64,000 bases of DNA from Minisyncoccota bacterium (GTDB taxonomy: Bacteria; Patescibacteriota; Microgenomatia; UBA1400; UBA12028): NCBI GenBank assembly GCA_016211945.1, contig JACRHV010000006.1, positions 46,723 through 110,722 on the forward strand. Reading direction: 5' to 3'. The position numbers and the translations under genes are program-made. Numbering within the stretch: the first letter of the stretch is position 1; each line of letters begins with the position of its first letter. The notes beneath the pieces are model-generated. The model made no database searches, was not told where the DNA came from, and saw only the letters and a program-made list of their open reading frames with translations. Of the stretch, positions 49,201 to 56,100 are shown in pieces.

Positions 49201-50028
49201 TTAGCGCGGGGCATCTTTGAGTTGATGGCACACATTACTTCGAGTAAAGGAAGTGCCAACTTTCAAGATAAATATTGTGGACTGGAAGACTATTTATTGG
49301 GGACAAACTGTGCGGGTGCGGGAAGTACAAGTTCGATCAAAAATACAACAACCTCATCTACAAAGGGAGATATCGCGTGTATAAATGTATGGGTTGATGA
49401 AGCAACGGCACAGGCACACGCACAAGACATTTTAGCAAGTCTTCCTTCACGCGCAGATTGGGGGAAATATTTTTCTGGTTATTTGAGTGATCCGGTAAGG
49501 CAGTGCAAGGATCCAACCACAAACCCAAGTCCGAGTGAATACGATAGCGTGGCAAAGCAATATCTCTTTGAGTCTGTTCCTGAATGCGGTGGAGTGTCGT
49601 GCTATTCGTATATTGTTCAGCGCACATTATCTGCAAAGACATCGGACGGTAAGGTTGTTGATCCCTACATCGCAATTTCTATTGCATTAAATGAAAATGG
49701 TGGACTAAAAACAGCGAGGAAAGATCGGATGAGTCAACATTTTGGAGTGGTGACTCCTATTACGGGTCACTCAAAAGAATGTCCGGAGGATAACGAGTAC
49801 ATGGGCAGAATTGATGAGAAACTCGACATCATGCTCCAAACGCTCATCGCAGGATATAAGGGAAAGGATACTTTGGGTGCAGATGGTGTTGCGGCATTAG
49901 AGCGATATAAATCGGGAAGTAATGCAAGACCGCTTGAAGATCAAACGTATAGTCAGAAAATGATACAACTTACACAGATCATCAGCGGTAACGCATACTC
50001 ACCACTGTGTACAGGGAAAACTCTTTAA
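46219..50028 (+). CDS. giant (1269-aa) secreted protein; N-terminal region with GH-A-like 'VVVLGNELNN' motif
   Basis: start placed at 'MVPRFSLFITSVISIFVFLAFPSGIRA' signal peptide (track ORF start at 45982 would overlap divergent gene); 30+ Cys; no repeats. Confidence 0.6.
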   Translation: MVPRFSLFITSVISIFVFLAFPSGIRAVELGTHVAHFDRGAEIGVLGLIRSKLSKQDGYPVTINIDPQWSTAEIQELADKAEGFRVALRIISVSSKATPEEMQTLVQQLNGVRWKTTGKPVVVLGNELNNLVDEWKSIAVSVEAAGAAYTPLHDVIWSGSPKLDMGRYDLAAATIDPYHPNNWKLFVSGAGRAYTQHNTIFVANIYENSAEDTKKRIEEIKSGISGVPSKTILTEYGPKDPKSPLAEYMRFYKENAPPSNVEYATALLANYCKKDKAVFGYFYYIEGKVYTIDGDEVDPQTCLGAKSLTDESKTPDDEVDGIYVYKDIYKNVLLNGEKGGKESASRYVMMCAPQFWTDAEIQDQDKKIYWEKLGDKAKTLSEYCTSEIGSNTNEPNCVFDPVTANFTVINDNLTVPLYRKATFNDKGQQMDNNRAESIESFFGTNTKEGRKTGDPLLYSPNVKLLSKAQYCTQTVRYLKAIEMMCQEPQAQQSTTDKEIVPRGKCTLNNEFENSRKQKVRYLDILKQVKDNAAAQGLQTPEDYCDLVVKKQDPNLMKDLAQVQPLTKNAFKIGYLVYYNTGRYKKDSNDPEDKAAFQDSSEYFHPVYRTLRDYYANVTFQVIPFLVPANVFSTSSQEDVVGNSFASFDSPYTTVFQTLMPQAKINQLAESEQKRRVMIESQLDQPWNAFNDASQEKPYIQCPVCDDSYNKRGYVPSVGSLAANKTYLAFAKTIWRRINAGIYTKEFVQNLDVKQGNELVAQPPDIWNSCNVAPELVRGESAQALHSQGGISLIKDGKETLWGKVKQSATEITSLIRAPKGTRRDPYEYYVRGYLLLPQEYGYLLSTEQDFLRALIPYSAQKNILETEQKKNDFNAFGNIAGLDPSKADYDKQVPLWNRFLRLNGQVFGLNDLTADSTGKHGKDGNPDTYYTESKDEYEARVAKARQDCANRGILPRDCSIPERKKTEITAKQTSQNPGYKEGKTDFRPILPGGWLARGIFELMAHITSSKGSANFQDKYCGLEDYLLGTNCAGAGSTSSIKNTTTSSTKGDIACINVWVDEATAQAHAQDILASLPSRADWGKYFSGYLSDPVRQCKDPTTNPSPSEYDSVAKQYLFESVPECGGVSCYSYIVQRTLSAKTSDGKVVDPYIAISIALNENGGLKTARKDRMSQHFGVVTPITGHSKECPEDNEYMGRIDEKLDIMLQTLIAGYKGKDTLGADGVAALERYKSGSNARPLEDQTYSQKMIQLTQIISGNAYSPLCTGKTL

Positions 50029-50030
50029 CA

Positions 50031-50468
50031 TTATTTATCCGGAAGCTCAATCTGAAATGTTTTTATCGATTCTACGCCGGTAAAACTGGAAATAAAGTTC
50101 AGTGCAATAAAGCCGGAAACGGATAACGCGATCCCAATAAAAGCTGCGGTGATTGTTTTTTGTCCCGTTTCGGTTCCTTTGGGATTTCCGCCGGAAGTTG
50201 AGTACAAAAGTGCTCCAACAATAAGCATAACAAATGAGGCAACTCCTACGGCAGTGACCGCAATGGCAAGGATGTTCGAAACAACGCACTCTATACCAAC
50301 AAGCGTTGCGACGTCTTGTTCATTTGTGCCCTTTCCGACACATTTTGGATTAATCGTTGTCCACTCAGAAGTACTCTGAGCGTATACAGGAGAGGTAGAG
50401 ATGGAAAAAGCAATGAGAAACGAAAAAAGAAGAAACATTGTTCGAGAAAAAATCGAGTGTTTTTGCAT
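50031..50468 (-). CDS. VirB2/TrbC-like two-TM pilin candidate, paralog 1 (own transcription unit)
   Basis: signal-like N-term, TM1 'AVGVASFVMLIVGALLY', loop 'STSGGNPKGTETGQKTITAAF', TM2 'IGIALSVSGFIALNFI'. Confidence 0.55.
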   Translation of the reverse strand: MQKHSIFSRTMFLLFSFLIAFSISTSPVYAQSTSEWTTINPKCVGKGTNEQDVATLVGIECVVSNILAIAVTAVGVASFVMLIVGALLYSTSGGNPKGTETGQKTITAAFIGIALSVSGFIALNFISSFTGVESIKTFQIELPDK

Positions 50469-50500
50469 AAAAGAATTGTATCACACCAGGGAAAGTAAAC

Positions 50501-50526
50501 AAAAAGCCCCGGTTCCCCGGGGCCTT
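50501..50526 (-). terminator. rho-independent terminator downstream of pilin-like paralog 2
   Basis: minus-strand RNA: GCCCCGG-GGAA-CCGGGGC followed by UUUUU. Confidence 0.6.
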
Positions 50527-50545
50527 AACTTCAATAAAAAAAAGA

Positions 50546-50884
50546 TTAATACCCTTTTGGAAGCGTTGCTCCAATATTGAAGACATCAACTCCAAAGAAG
50601 TACGCAACAACCTGCATCAATGCATATGACGCTGCAACAATCGCCAAACCAACAAGTGCGGCGGTAATTTTGTTTCGCGCATTCTCTGTTTTTCCTTTAT
50701 CTCCACCCGATGTAATCCACTCAACGCCACCGAGAACGAGATATGCGAAAACAAGAATAGCAGAAACCAACAACGCGACGTTCAAGACGCGCGAGAAAAG
50801 AAGACCGATGTCGGTGATCTTGAACCCATTCGATTGGGGATCAATCGTGATTGGTGGTTTTGCTTGTGCGAGTAGGGCGAGCAT
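50546..50884 (-). CDS. VirB2/TrbC-like two-TM pilin candidate, paralog 2
   Basis: 'AYLVLGGVEWITSGGDKGKTENARNKITAALVGLAIVAASYAL'. Confidence 0.55.
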   Translation of the reverse strand: MLALLAQAKPPITIDPQSNGFKITDIGLLFSRVLNVALLVSAILVFAYLVLGGVEWITSGGDKGKTENARNKITAALVGLAIVAASYALMQVVAYFFGVDVFNIGATLPKGY

Positions 50885-50933
50885 ATTTCCTCCTTTTGTC
50901 CTAGATGTATTCTATATGTTCTTTCTCTGTATA

Positions 50934-51251
50934 TCAAGGGTTTACTATTGTAATGTCGAGTCCAAAGAAATAGTTGATAATGCGGAAGATTGCAAAGACA
51001 CTCACCATCACAGCCAAACCAATGAGCCCTTGTGTAATCATCTGTTTTGCGTTATCTATTTTTCCTTTATCGCCACTTGCAATAATCCACATGAATCCAC
51101 CAAGAACCATGTATGCCAAAGCGGCAACTGAAGCAACGGCCAGAGCCAGCCCAGCATATCGTCCAATCAATGTTCCCAAGTCCAGTTGAACTTTTGGTCC
51201 CAAATTCGATCGGATATCAACTTTTTGCGCAAGTAGTATTGGTAACGTCAT
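50934..51251 (-). CDS. VirB2/TrbC-like two-TM pilin candidate, paralog 3
   Basis: 'AYMVLGGFMWIIASGDKGKIDNAKQMITQGLIGLAVMVSVFAI'. Confidence 0.55.
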   Translation of the reverse strand: MTLPILLAQKVDIRSNLGPKVQLDLGTLIGRYAGLALAVASVAALAYMVLGGFMWIIASGDKGKIDNAKQMITQGLIGLAVMVSVFAIFRIINYFFGLDITIVNP

Positions 51252-51260
51252 ACTATTCCT

Positions 51261-51830
51261 TTATTTACATCCTCCGCGTCCGTCCGGATTTACCCCAGAG
51301 TCGCATGGAGCGTTTCCCGCATTACAGTTACAGGTGTCGCTAATCCCAAATCCACACATACCCTGATTTTTTCCACCGCATGTATTACAAATATTTGGAT
51401 TATTGAGAGTAATTGGAGTTTTCCCCTGACAATACGGATTCGAAGACCCCGTTCCAGTAGAGGAGGTTCCGCCAAGATCTCCAGAGATGCGTGTGAAATC
51501 TGGTGCCAAGAGATCAATTCCAAGTGCGGTGCCAAAGAATGTACTGATGGCCGCGACTGAGAATAATACAGCCAATCCAATAAGACCCTGTGTGATTCTA
51601 TCTTTTGCTTGCTCGATTTTCCCCTTATCACCTCCCGCAGAAATCCAGGTCAACCCACCCATAATCATGTATGCAACAACCGCCAATCCACCAAGAACGA
51701 GGGAAGTTTGCCACAGAATTCCAATATATTTCCCCAAACCTGTACCAGCAACATCGGGATTAGCTGCGTTTTGCAGTCCTGCAGGGAGAGCGGGATTTGA
51801 GATGTCGGCCAACATTGTAGATAACGTCAT
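51261..51830 (-). CDS. VirB2/TrbC-like two-TM pilin candidate, paralog 4, with Cys-rich C-terminal extension
   Basis: 'AYMIMGGLTWISAGGDKGKIEQAKDRITQGLIGLAVLFSVAAI' then 60-aa tail with 10 Cys ('CNTCGGKNQGMCGFGISDTCNCNAGNAPCDSG'). Confidence 0.55.
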   Translation of the reverse strand: MTLSTMLADISNPALPAGLQNAANPDVAGTGLGKYIGILWQTSLVLGGLAVVAYMIMGGLTWISAGGDKGKIEQAKDRITQGLIGLAVLFSVAAISTFFGTALGIDLLAPDFTRISGDLGGTSSTGTGSSNPYCQGKTPITLNNPNICNTCGGKNQGMCGFGISDTCNCNAGNAPCDSGVNPDGRGGCK

Positions 51831-51831
51831 A

Positions 51832-52209
51832 TTATTGCCACAACCCTTCCAACATTTTTACGGGACTGAGAATACTGATTCCCAACACACCACCAACAAT
51901 ACTAATGATAAACTGAGCAAGAATGACAATAATGAGTCCGATCGCAGCGTTCGTCATTTGAGTTCGAGCAGCCTCAACCTTTCCTTTATCCCCACTGGCG
52001 GAAAGCCAAGCCAACCCACCGAAAACGAAGTACATAAGAAACATAAGTCCGCCAATAATAGTGAAGAAACCCAGAAAAACAGAGAGAAATTTTTCAATTG
52101 CTCCGCCCCCTGCCTCGGCTCCAGTTCCATCTGCTGGTCGGAAATACGGACTCGTTCCCTGGATTGTTCCTTGAAGAGGGTTTTGCGCAAGTAAAGAGAG
52201 TACGTTCAT
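51832..52209 (-). CDS. VirB2/TrbC-like two-TM pilin candidate, paralog 5
   Basis: 'MYFVFGGLAWLSASGDKGKVEAARTQMTNAAIGLIIVILAQFI'. Confidence 0.55.
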   Translation of the reverse strand: MNVLSLLAQNPLQGTIQGTSPYFRPADGTGAEAGGGAIEKFLSVFLGFFTIIGGLMFLMYFVFGGLAWLSASGDKGKVEAARTQMTNAAIGLIIVILAQFIISIVGGVLGISILSPVKMLEGLWQ

Positions 52210-52718
52210 CGCGTTCTTCCCCCGTTATTGTTCCGATCTCGTAGTGAATCAGGTAGCGCTTTGAGAATAGCGTCAATGTCTCCATTGGATGAGGAACCGG
52301 AGTTTCTTCCCGGACCCCCCTCTGGACCACCGCCAGATGAAGCAGGAGCTCCCGGGCCTTGAATAACAGGACTCACAAAAAAAGTAGCATCCTTGAAGAG
52401 GAGAAATCCAGTCAAAGCCATAAGGGCAGGGGCAAGAATCATAATGACCAAACCCCACAGACTCATGTTTAATTTACTCATGACTTTCTCATGTGCTTTT
52501 GCATCTCCTGCTGAAGTAAGATAGGTATATCCAGCCATGACAATGTTATACAGAGCAATGAGTCCCCCTACAATAATTGCCATTCTTAACAGATTTGTTG
52601 TGAGAGTAATAAGTCCACCACTAGCACCGTAATCTGCAATCGCAGCTGGCGGTGTTATTGTTCCAAAAAATGTTGAGTCTGCCATTATTCTTTTTCCTAC
52701 ATTACTACGGACCACCAT
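52206..52718 (-). CDS. VirB2/TrbC-like two-TM pilin candidate, paralog 6 (divergent loop, Gly/Ser/Asn-rich C-terminal extension)
   Basis: 'LYNIVMAGYTYLTSAGDAKAHEKVMSKLNMSLWGLVIMILAPAL' then 'PGAPASSGGGPEGGPGRNSGSSSNGD'; real start possibly the internal Met of 'MADSTFF'. Confidence 0.5.
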   Translation of the reverse strand: MVVRSNVGKRIMADSTFFGTITPPAAIADYGASGGLITLTTNLLRMAIIVGGLIALYNIVMAGYTYLTSAGDAKAHEKVMSKLNMSLWGLVIMILAPALMALTGFLLFKDATFFVSPVIQGPGAPASSGGGPEGGPGRNSGSSSNGDIDAILKALPDSLRDRNNNGGRTR

Positions 52719-53037
52719 TCAATATGGGCTGTCCTATGACAATTTGTACAACTTGGATGATCCAATAAGCAGAAAGGATGACCAAAAAACCAATGACTGC
52801 AGTTTGAATAGTCTGCATTCCTTTCTCTGTTCCCTTAGGATCTCCTCCTGACATAAGTATAGTAAGTCCGCCGCCAATGAGCAAGCCAAAAATGATAATT
52901 CCAGCAAACACATACATGTTTGGAAGAACAACTTTATTTAAAAAATCTGCTGGAGTAGCAAAGACGTCTGCAACGGAAGAGGAGCTGTTCAATTTATATT
53001 TCTCACCCAAATCAATAGCAATAAGCGTGCCATTCAT
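52705..53037 (-). CDS. VirB2/TrbC-like two-TM pilin candidate, paralog 7
   Basis: 'IFGLLIGGGLTILMSGGDPKGTEKGMQTIQTAVIGFLVILSAYWIIQVVQIV'. Confidence 0.55.
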   Translation of the reverse strand: MNGTLIAIDLGEKYKLNSSSSVADVFATPADFLNKVVLPNMYVFAGIIIFGLLIGGGLTILMSGGDPKGTEKGMQTIQTAVIGFLVILSAYWIIQVVQIVIGQPILNGGP

Positions 53038-53060
53038 GATGGAAGTATTGTATCACAGGT

Positions 53061-53459
53061 TTATTGAGGAGTTGCAGACGATGTTCCGGTTTTTTGTGTC
53101 GCACTTTCTGTCGCTGTGCTTTCTTTTTTTGGTGTTCCTGCTTCTGCTGTAACCGCAGTCTTCTTTAATCCCTTTTCATCTGTCTCGGTAATTTCTTTGA
53201 TAATAGGGAAAGTTGACAGAACTTCATCGGGATACAACTTTCTTTGTCTCAAGTCTTGAAGCGTTTTTATATCAAGTACGGGGGTAAGCGGTTGAACTTG
53301 TCGCTGAACTGTTGGCGGAATAGACGATTTGTGAAGAGAAAAATATATTGTCATTCCGATCCAAACTCCAACAGCAACCAAGGATACGACAAAAATCGTC
53401 AGGATAATCTGTCTTCTAAAAAGCGATTTGATGAATGGTTGTTCCTGTGCTGCGTTCAT
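53061..53459 (-). CDS. hypothetical single-pass membrane protein (Thr/Ser-rich C-terminus)
   Basis: TM 'IILTIFVVSLVAVGVWIGMTIYF'; co-oriented between PilO-like gene and pilin-like array. Confidence 0.45.
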   Translation of the reverse strand: MNAAQEQPFIKSLFRRQIILTIFVVSLVAVGVWIGMTIYFSLHKSSIPPTVQRQVQPLTPVLDIKTLQDLRQRKLYPDEVLSTFPIIKEITETDEKGLKKTAVTAEAGTPKKESTATESATQKTGTSSATPQ

Positions 53460-54133
53460 GGTGTTTTTTCATCCTTCTTTGCAGAACTTCCTGGAAGTTG
53501 TATTGGAGTGCCATAGTATGCAACGCGAAAAGCAATAGTTGTAATGAGTGAGCTGGTTTTCTCAAATTCGTCTCGTTTCGCATTCATTACAAGCGAATCA
53601 ACCGAAACATACCGATCCATTGCCAACATCTCGGCAATAAACGCGCGGACGAGTGGGTATGGGGCCTTCAGATTGACGCTGATCAAATAACTTGTGAGCT
53701 GAGGAGCGGTGCTCGTTGCTTCTTTTGGAACTTGTGTGACCTGCAGCGAGTTAATGAGTACGGTATGTGCCGTTGCGACATACTCAAGACGTCGCATGAA
53801 TCCATCAAAATTTGGTGTGTTCGGTATTGCTTTATGAAGTAAGCTTACTTCATTCTTTAACGTCGGAAGCTCACTACTTAATGTAGAAAGTGAGGCTATT
53901 TTTTTTGAAAGTGCGTCGCTCGTTTTTCTCCGGTCCTCGATATCATGGAGCAGTTGTGACATGGTGAGCAACGTTGGACGAATGGCAAAAAGCGCGAGAA
54001 GGATGACCGCGAGAAGTGTTGCAATAAGCTCTGTGGAGACCTTTGCAATCGGTTTTTGATAAAACTGTTGCAGCTGCCTCACCGTTTGGTTGCGTGGTGC
54101 GGAGGGTATTGAAGAAAACGGTGAGTGTATCAT
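53456..54133 (-). CDS. PilO-like type IV pilus/secretion inner-membrane assembly protein
   Basis: 225 aa; short cytoplasmic N-term, TM 'LIATLLAVILLALFAI', coiled coil, then ~120-aa C-domain; overlaps PilN-like gene by 4 nt. Confidence 0.45.
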   Translation of the reverse strand: MIHSPFSSIPSAPRNQTVRQLQQFYQKPIAKVSTELIATLLAVILLALFAIRPTLLTMSQLLHDIEDRRKTSDALSKKIASLSTLSSELPTLKNEVSLLHKAIPNTPNFDGFMRRLEYVATAHTVLINSLQVTQVPKEATSTAPQLTSYLISVNLKAPYPLVRAFIAEMLAMDRYVSVDSLVMNAKRDEFEKTSSLITTIAFRVAYYGTPIQLPGSSAKKDEKTP

Positions 54134-54705
54134 GACGTTTTCCCTCCCGGTATGGGTTGTATTTGCACGCGAATAGAAAACTCTAGGCCGGCACCACCCT
54201 GCGTATTGCTTTTAATTTGATCGACATACAATGCTTTTGTTTGCGGTTGTTTTTGAAGTCTGCGCACAAGAACAGCCAACGATTCAGGAGTAAGTGCGTT
54301 CCCAGTAATCTGCACTTCCTGTGCGCGAATCTGAACAAGTGTATAGACCACATCTTTAGGAATGCTTTTTGCGAGAACATCAAGCGCACTCAACGGATCC
54401 TGTGTCCCTTTTTGTTGTTGGAGGAACTCCGTTTTTTTCTGGATGAGACGTACATCCGACTCTAATGTTCCGTACGAATCAACAATGTAGGACTTTTGTG
54501 TAATGGATGAGTTCAGATCAGTAAGATCGCGGTCGAGTTTAAAACGAGAGGCGAAACTGATAATGACAACAATTTCAGTAAAAATAACAAGGTAGCGACC
54601 AACAGTGGAGGCCCACGCCATAATGCGCCCAACGGGAGTCTCAAAAAAAGGATCCTGAGGAAGCAAATTTATCGACAGATGGCGGGGCTGGACGCTGGTC
54701 TGCAT
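54130..54705 (-). CDS. PilN-like assembly protein (INLLP motif)
   Basis: 191 aa; N-terminal 'LSINLLPQDPFF' (PilN INLLP PilM-binding motif) followed by TM 'YLVIFTEIVVIISFA' and periplasmic domain. Confidence 0.55.
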   Translation of the reverse strand: MQTSVQPRHLSINLLPQDPFFETPVGRIMAWASTVGRYLVIFTEIVVIISFASRFKLDRDLTDLNSSITQKSYIVDSYGTLESDVRLIQKKTEFLQQQKGTQDPLSALDVLAKSIPKDVVYTLVQIRAQEVQITGNALTPESLAVLVRRLQKQPQTKALYVDQIKSNTQGGAGLEFSIRVQIQPIPGGKTS

Positions 54706-54775
54706 AAAAATATGATAGCAGAAAAAGAAGATGGGAGGCTGGGAGTTCTGGTGAAAAGCGTAAAATAGAGGGGGT

Positions 54776-55309
54776 ATGAAATATAATTATTCTGAGGCAG
54801 ACGTTTTACTTCTTCAATCTGGTGATGTTCGTGCTGTAGAACGATGGTTTCGTACGTTTCAAAAACCACTGTTCGCCTTCATTCTTACTCGAGTATCTGA
54901 TCTGCATGATGCAGAAGAATTGTGTCAAAATACTTTTCTCTCTTGTCTTGAAACACTCCCGTTGTATAGAGGAACATCATCGCTTTTTACTTGGATGTGT
55001 GCGGTGGCAAAGCATGAGATTGCGGATTACTTTAGGAAAAAATATGCCAAACGCGCACTACAACTCATTCCATTTGGAGAAACATTGTTGCCCGAACATC
55101 TTCATACTATGCACGATGTTTCGGATACGGTTCGTAGGGTACTCAAGAAACTAACGCAAAAGGAGCGAGAACTTCTTTTTCTGAAATACATAGACAACGC
55201 AAGTGTAAAATCAATCGCGCATTCATTGGGGATGAGTATGAAAAGTATAGAGTCGATGTTATATAGGGCAAGAAAAGCGTTTCAAAGGATTTATGCAGAA
55301 CACATCTAG
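54776..55309 (+). CDS. RNA polymerase sigma factor, ECF (sigma-70 regions 2 and 4)
   Basis: region 2 'LSCLETLPLYRG...FTWMCAVAKHEIADYFRK'; region 4 HTH 'ASVKSIAHSLGMSMKSIESMLYRARKAF'. Confidence 0.8.
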   Translation: MKYNYSEADVLLLQSGDVRAVERWFRTFQKPLFAFILTRVSDLHDAEELCQNTFLSCLETLPLYRGTSSLFTWMCAVAKHEIADYFRKKYAKRALQLIPFGETLLPEHLHTMHDVSDTVRRVLKKLTQKERELLFLKYIDNASVKSIAHSLGMSMKSIESMLYRARKAFQRIYAEHI

Positions 55310-55532
55310 CAAAGATTTTCAATATCAGTTGTATACACTTGCTCGGGAGCAAAAAGAACTGATGGAAACGAGTTTTCTCCCAAGGTGGATGGGGGGTGGT
55401 GCGGTATGGTTTGCAACACACGCTTTTTTGAGTATTGTTAGTCTTGTTTTTTTTGTATGCGTCGTTATCATGTCGTTTTGGTTTCCAACATTCTTGCACT
55501 GGGCTGACCTGCTCATAGGGAGGCCGCAATGA
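55293..55532 (+). CDS. small membrane protein, possible anti-sigma factor
   Basis: 79 aa, overlaps sigma-factor stop; one TM 'AFLSIVSLVFFVCVVIMSFWF'. Confidence 0.35.
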   Translation: MQNTSSKDFQYQLYTLAREQKELMETSFLPRWMGGGAVWFATHAFLSIVSLVFFVCVVIMSFWFPTFLHWADLLIGRPQ

Positions 55533-55846
55533 TCTCGATAAAAAACATCTCATGGGCGTTGGTATACACGCTGTTTGAGATTACACAGGGATTTTTCTTG
55601 CATCCATATCAAACGATGCGACAAGTTATTCGCGATCGAGTGTTTGTGTGGACTATTGGAATGCCACTTGTGCTCTGGGCAGTACTCATTTTTGTCTGGA
55701 GAATAGGATGGAATCTCTTGTTTTCATTAATACCTTTTTCTGTCTTTTGGCTTTTTCTTGCACTGTGGATATCAGGATCAATACTTTTGTATCAACTCCT
55801 TCTCCTCTATCTTTTTTATCGATTCCTCCGGGCAAAAGTTGCGTGA
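55529..55846 (+). CDS. small polytopic membrane protein
   Basis: 105 aa with 3 hydrophobic segments; ATGA overlap with upstream ORF. Confidence 0.4.
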   Translation: MISIKNISWALVYTLFEITQGFFLHPYQTMRQVIRDRVFVWTIGMPLVLWAVLIFVWRIGWNLLFSLIPFSVFWLFLALWISGSILLYQLLLLYLFYRFLRAKVA

Positions 55847-56100
55847 TTTGTCGGGCAACTTGCGACTACATACATGTGTCGAACGAAGCGAATAGTCCAT
55901 CGAGATACTGGAGAAACCAGGGACAGGAGAGAAATCCCACAGGGTGGATCTGTCCTTCATGCGGAACTATCGTTTCTACACACAGGCGTTCATGTGTAAA
56001 AGAGGGATGTTGTGGAAGGAGAAAGAGTGAAGGATTTATATTATGGCCAACTCAAATAGGGTCACGAATAATAGAACTTATGAAGGAATATGAACAATGA
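55843..56100 (+). CDS. small zinc-ribbon protein (GTG start)
   Basis: 85 aa 'CRATC...CPSCG...CVKEGCCG'; GTGA overlap with upstream stop and ATGA overlap with idi start suggest translational coupling. Confidence 0.3.
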   Translation: MICRATCDYIHVSNEANSPSRYWRNQGQERNPTGWICPSCGTIVSTHRRSCVKEGCCGRRKSEGFILWPTQIGSRIIELMKEYEQ

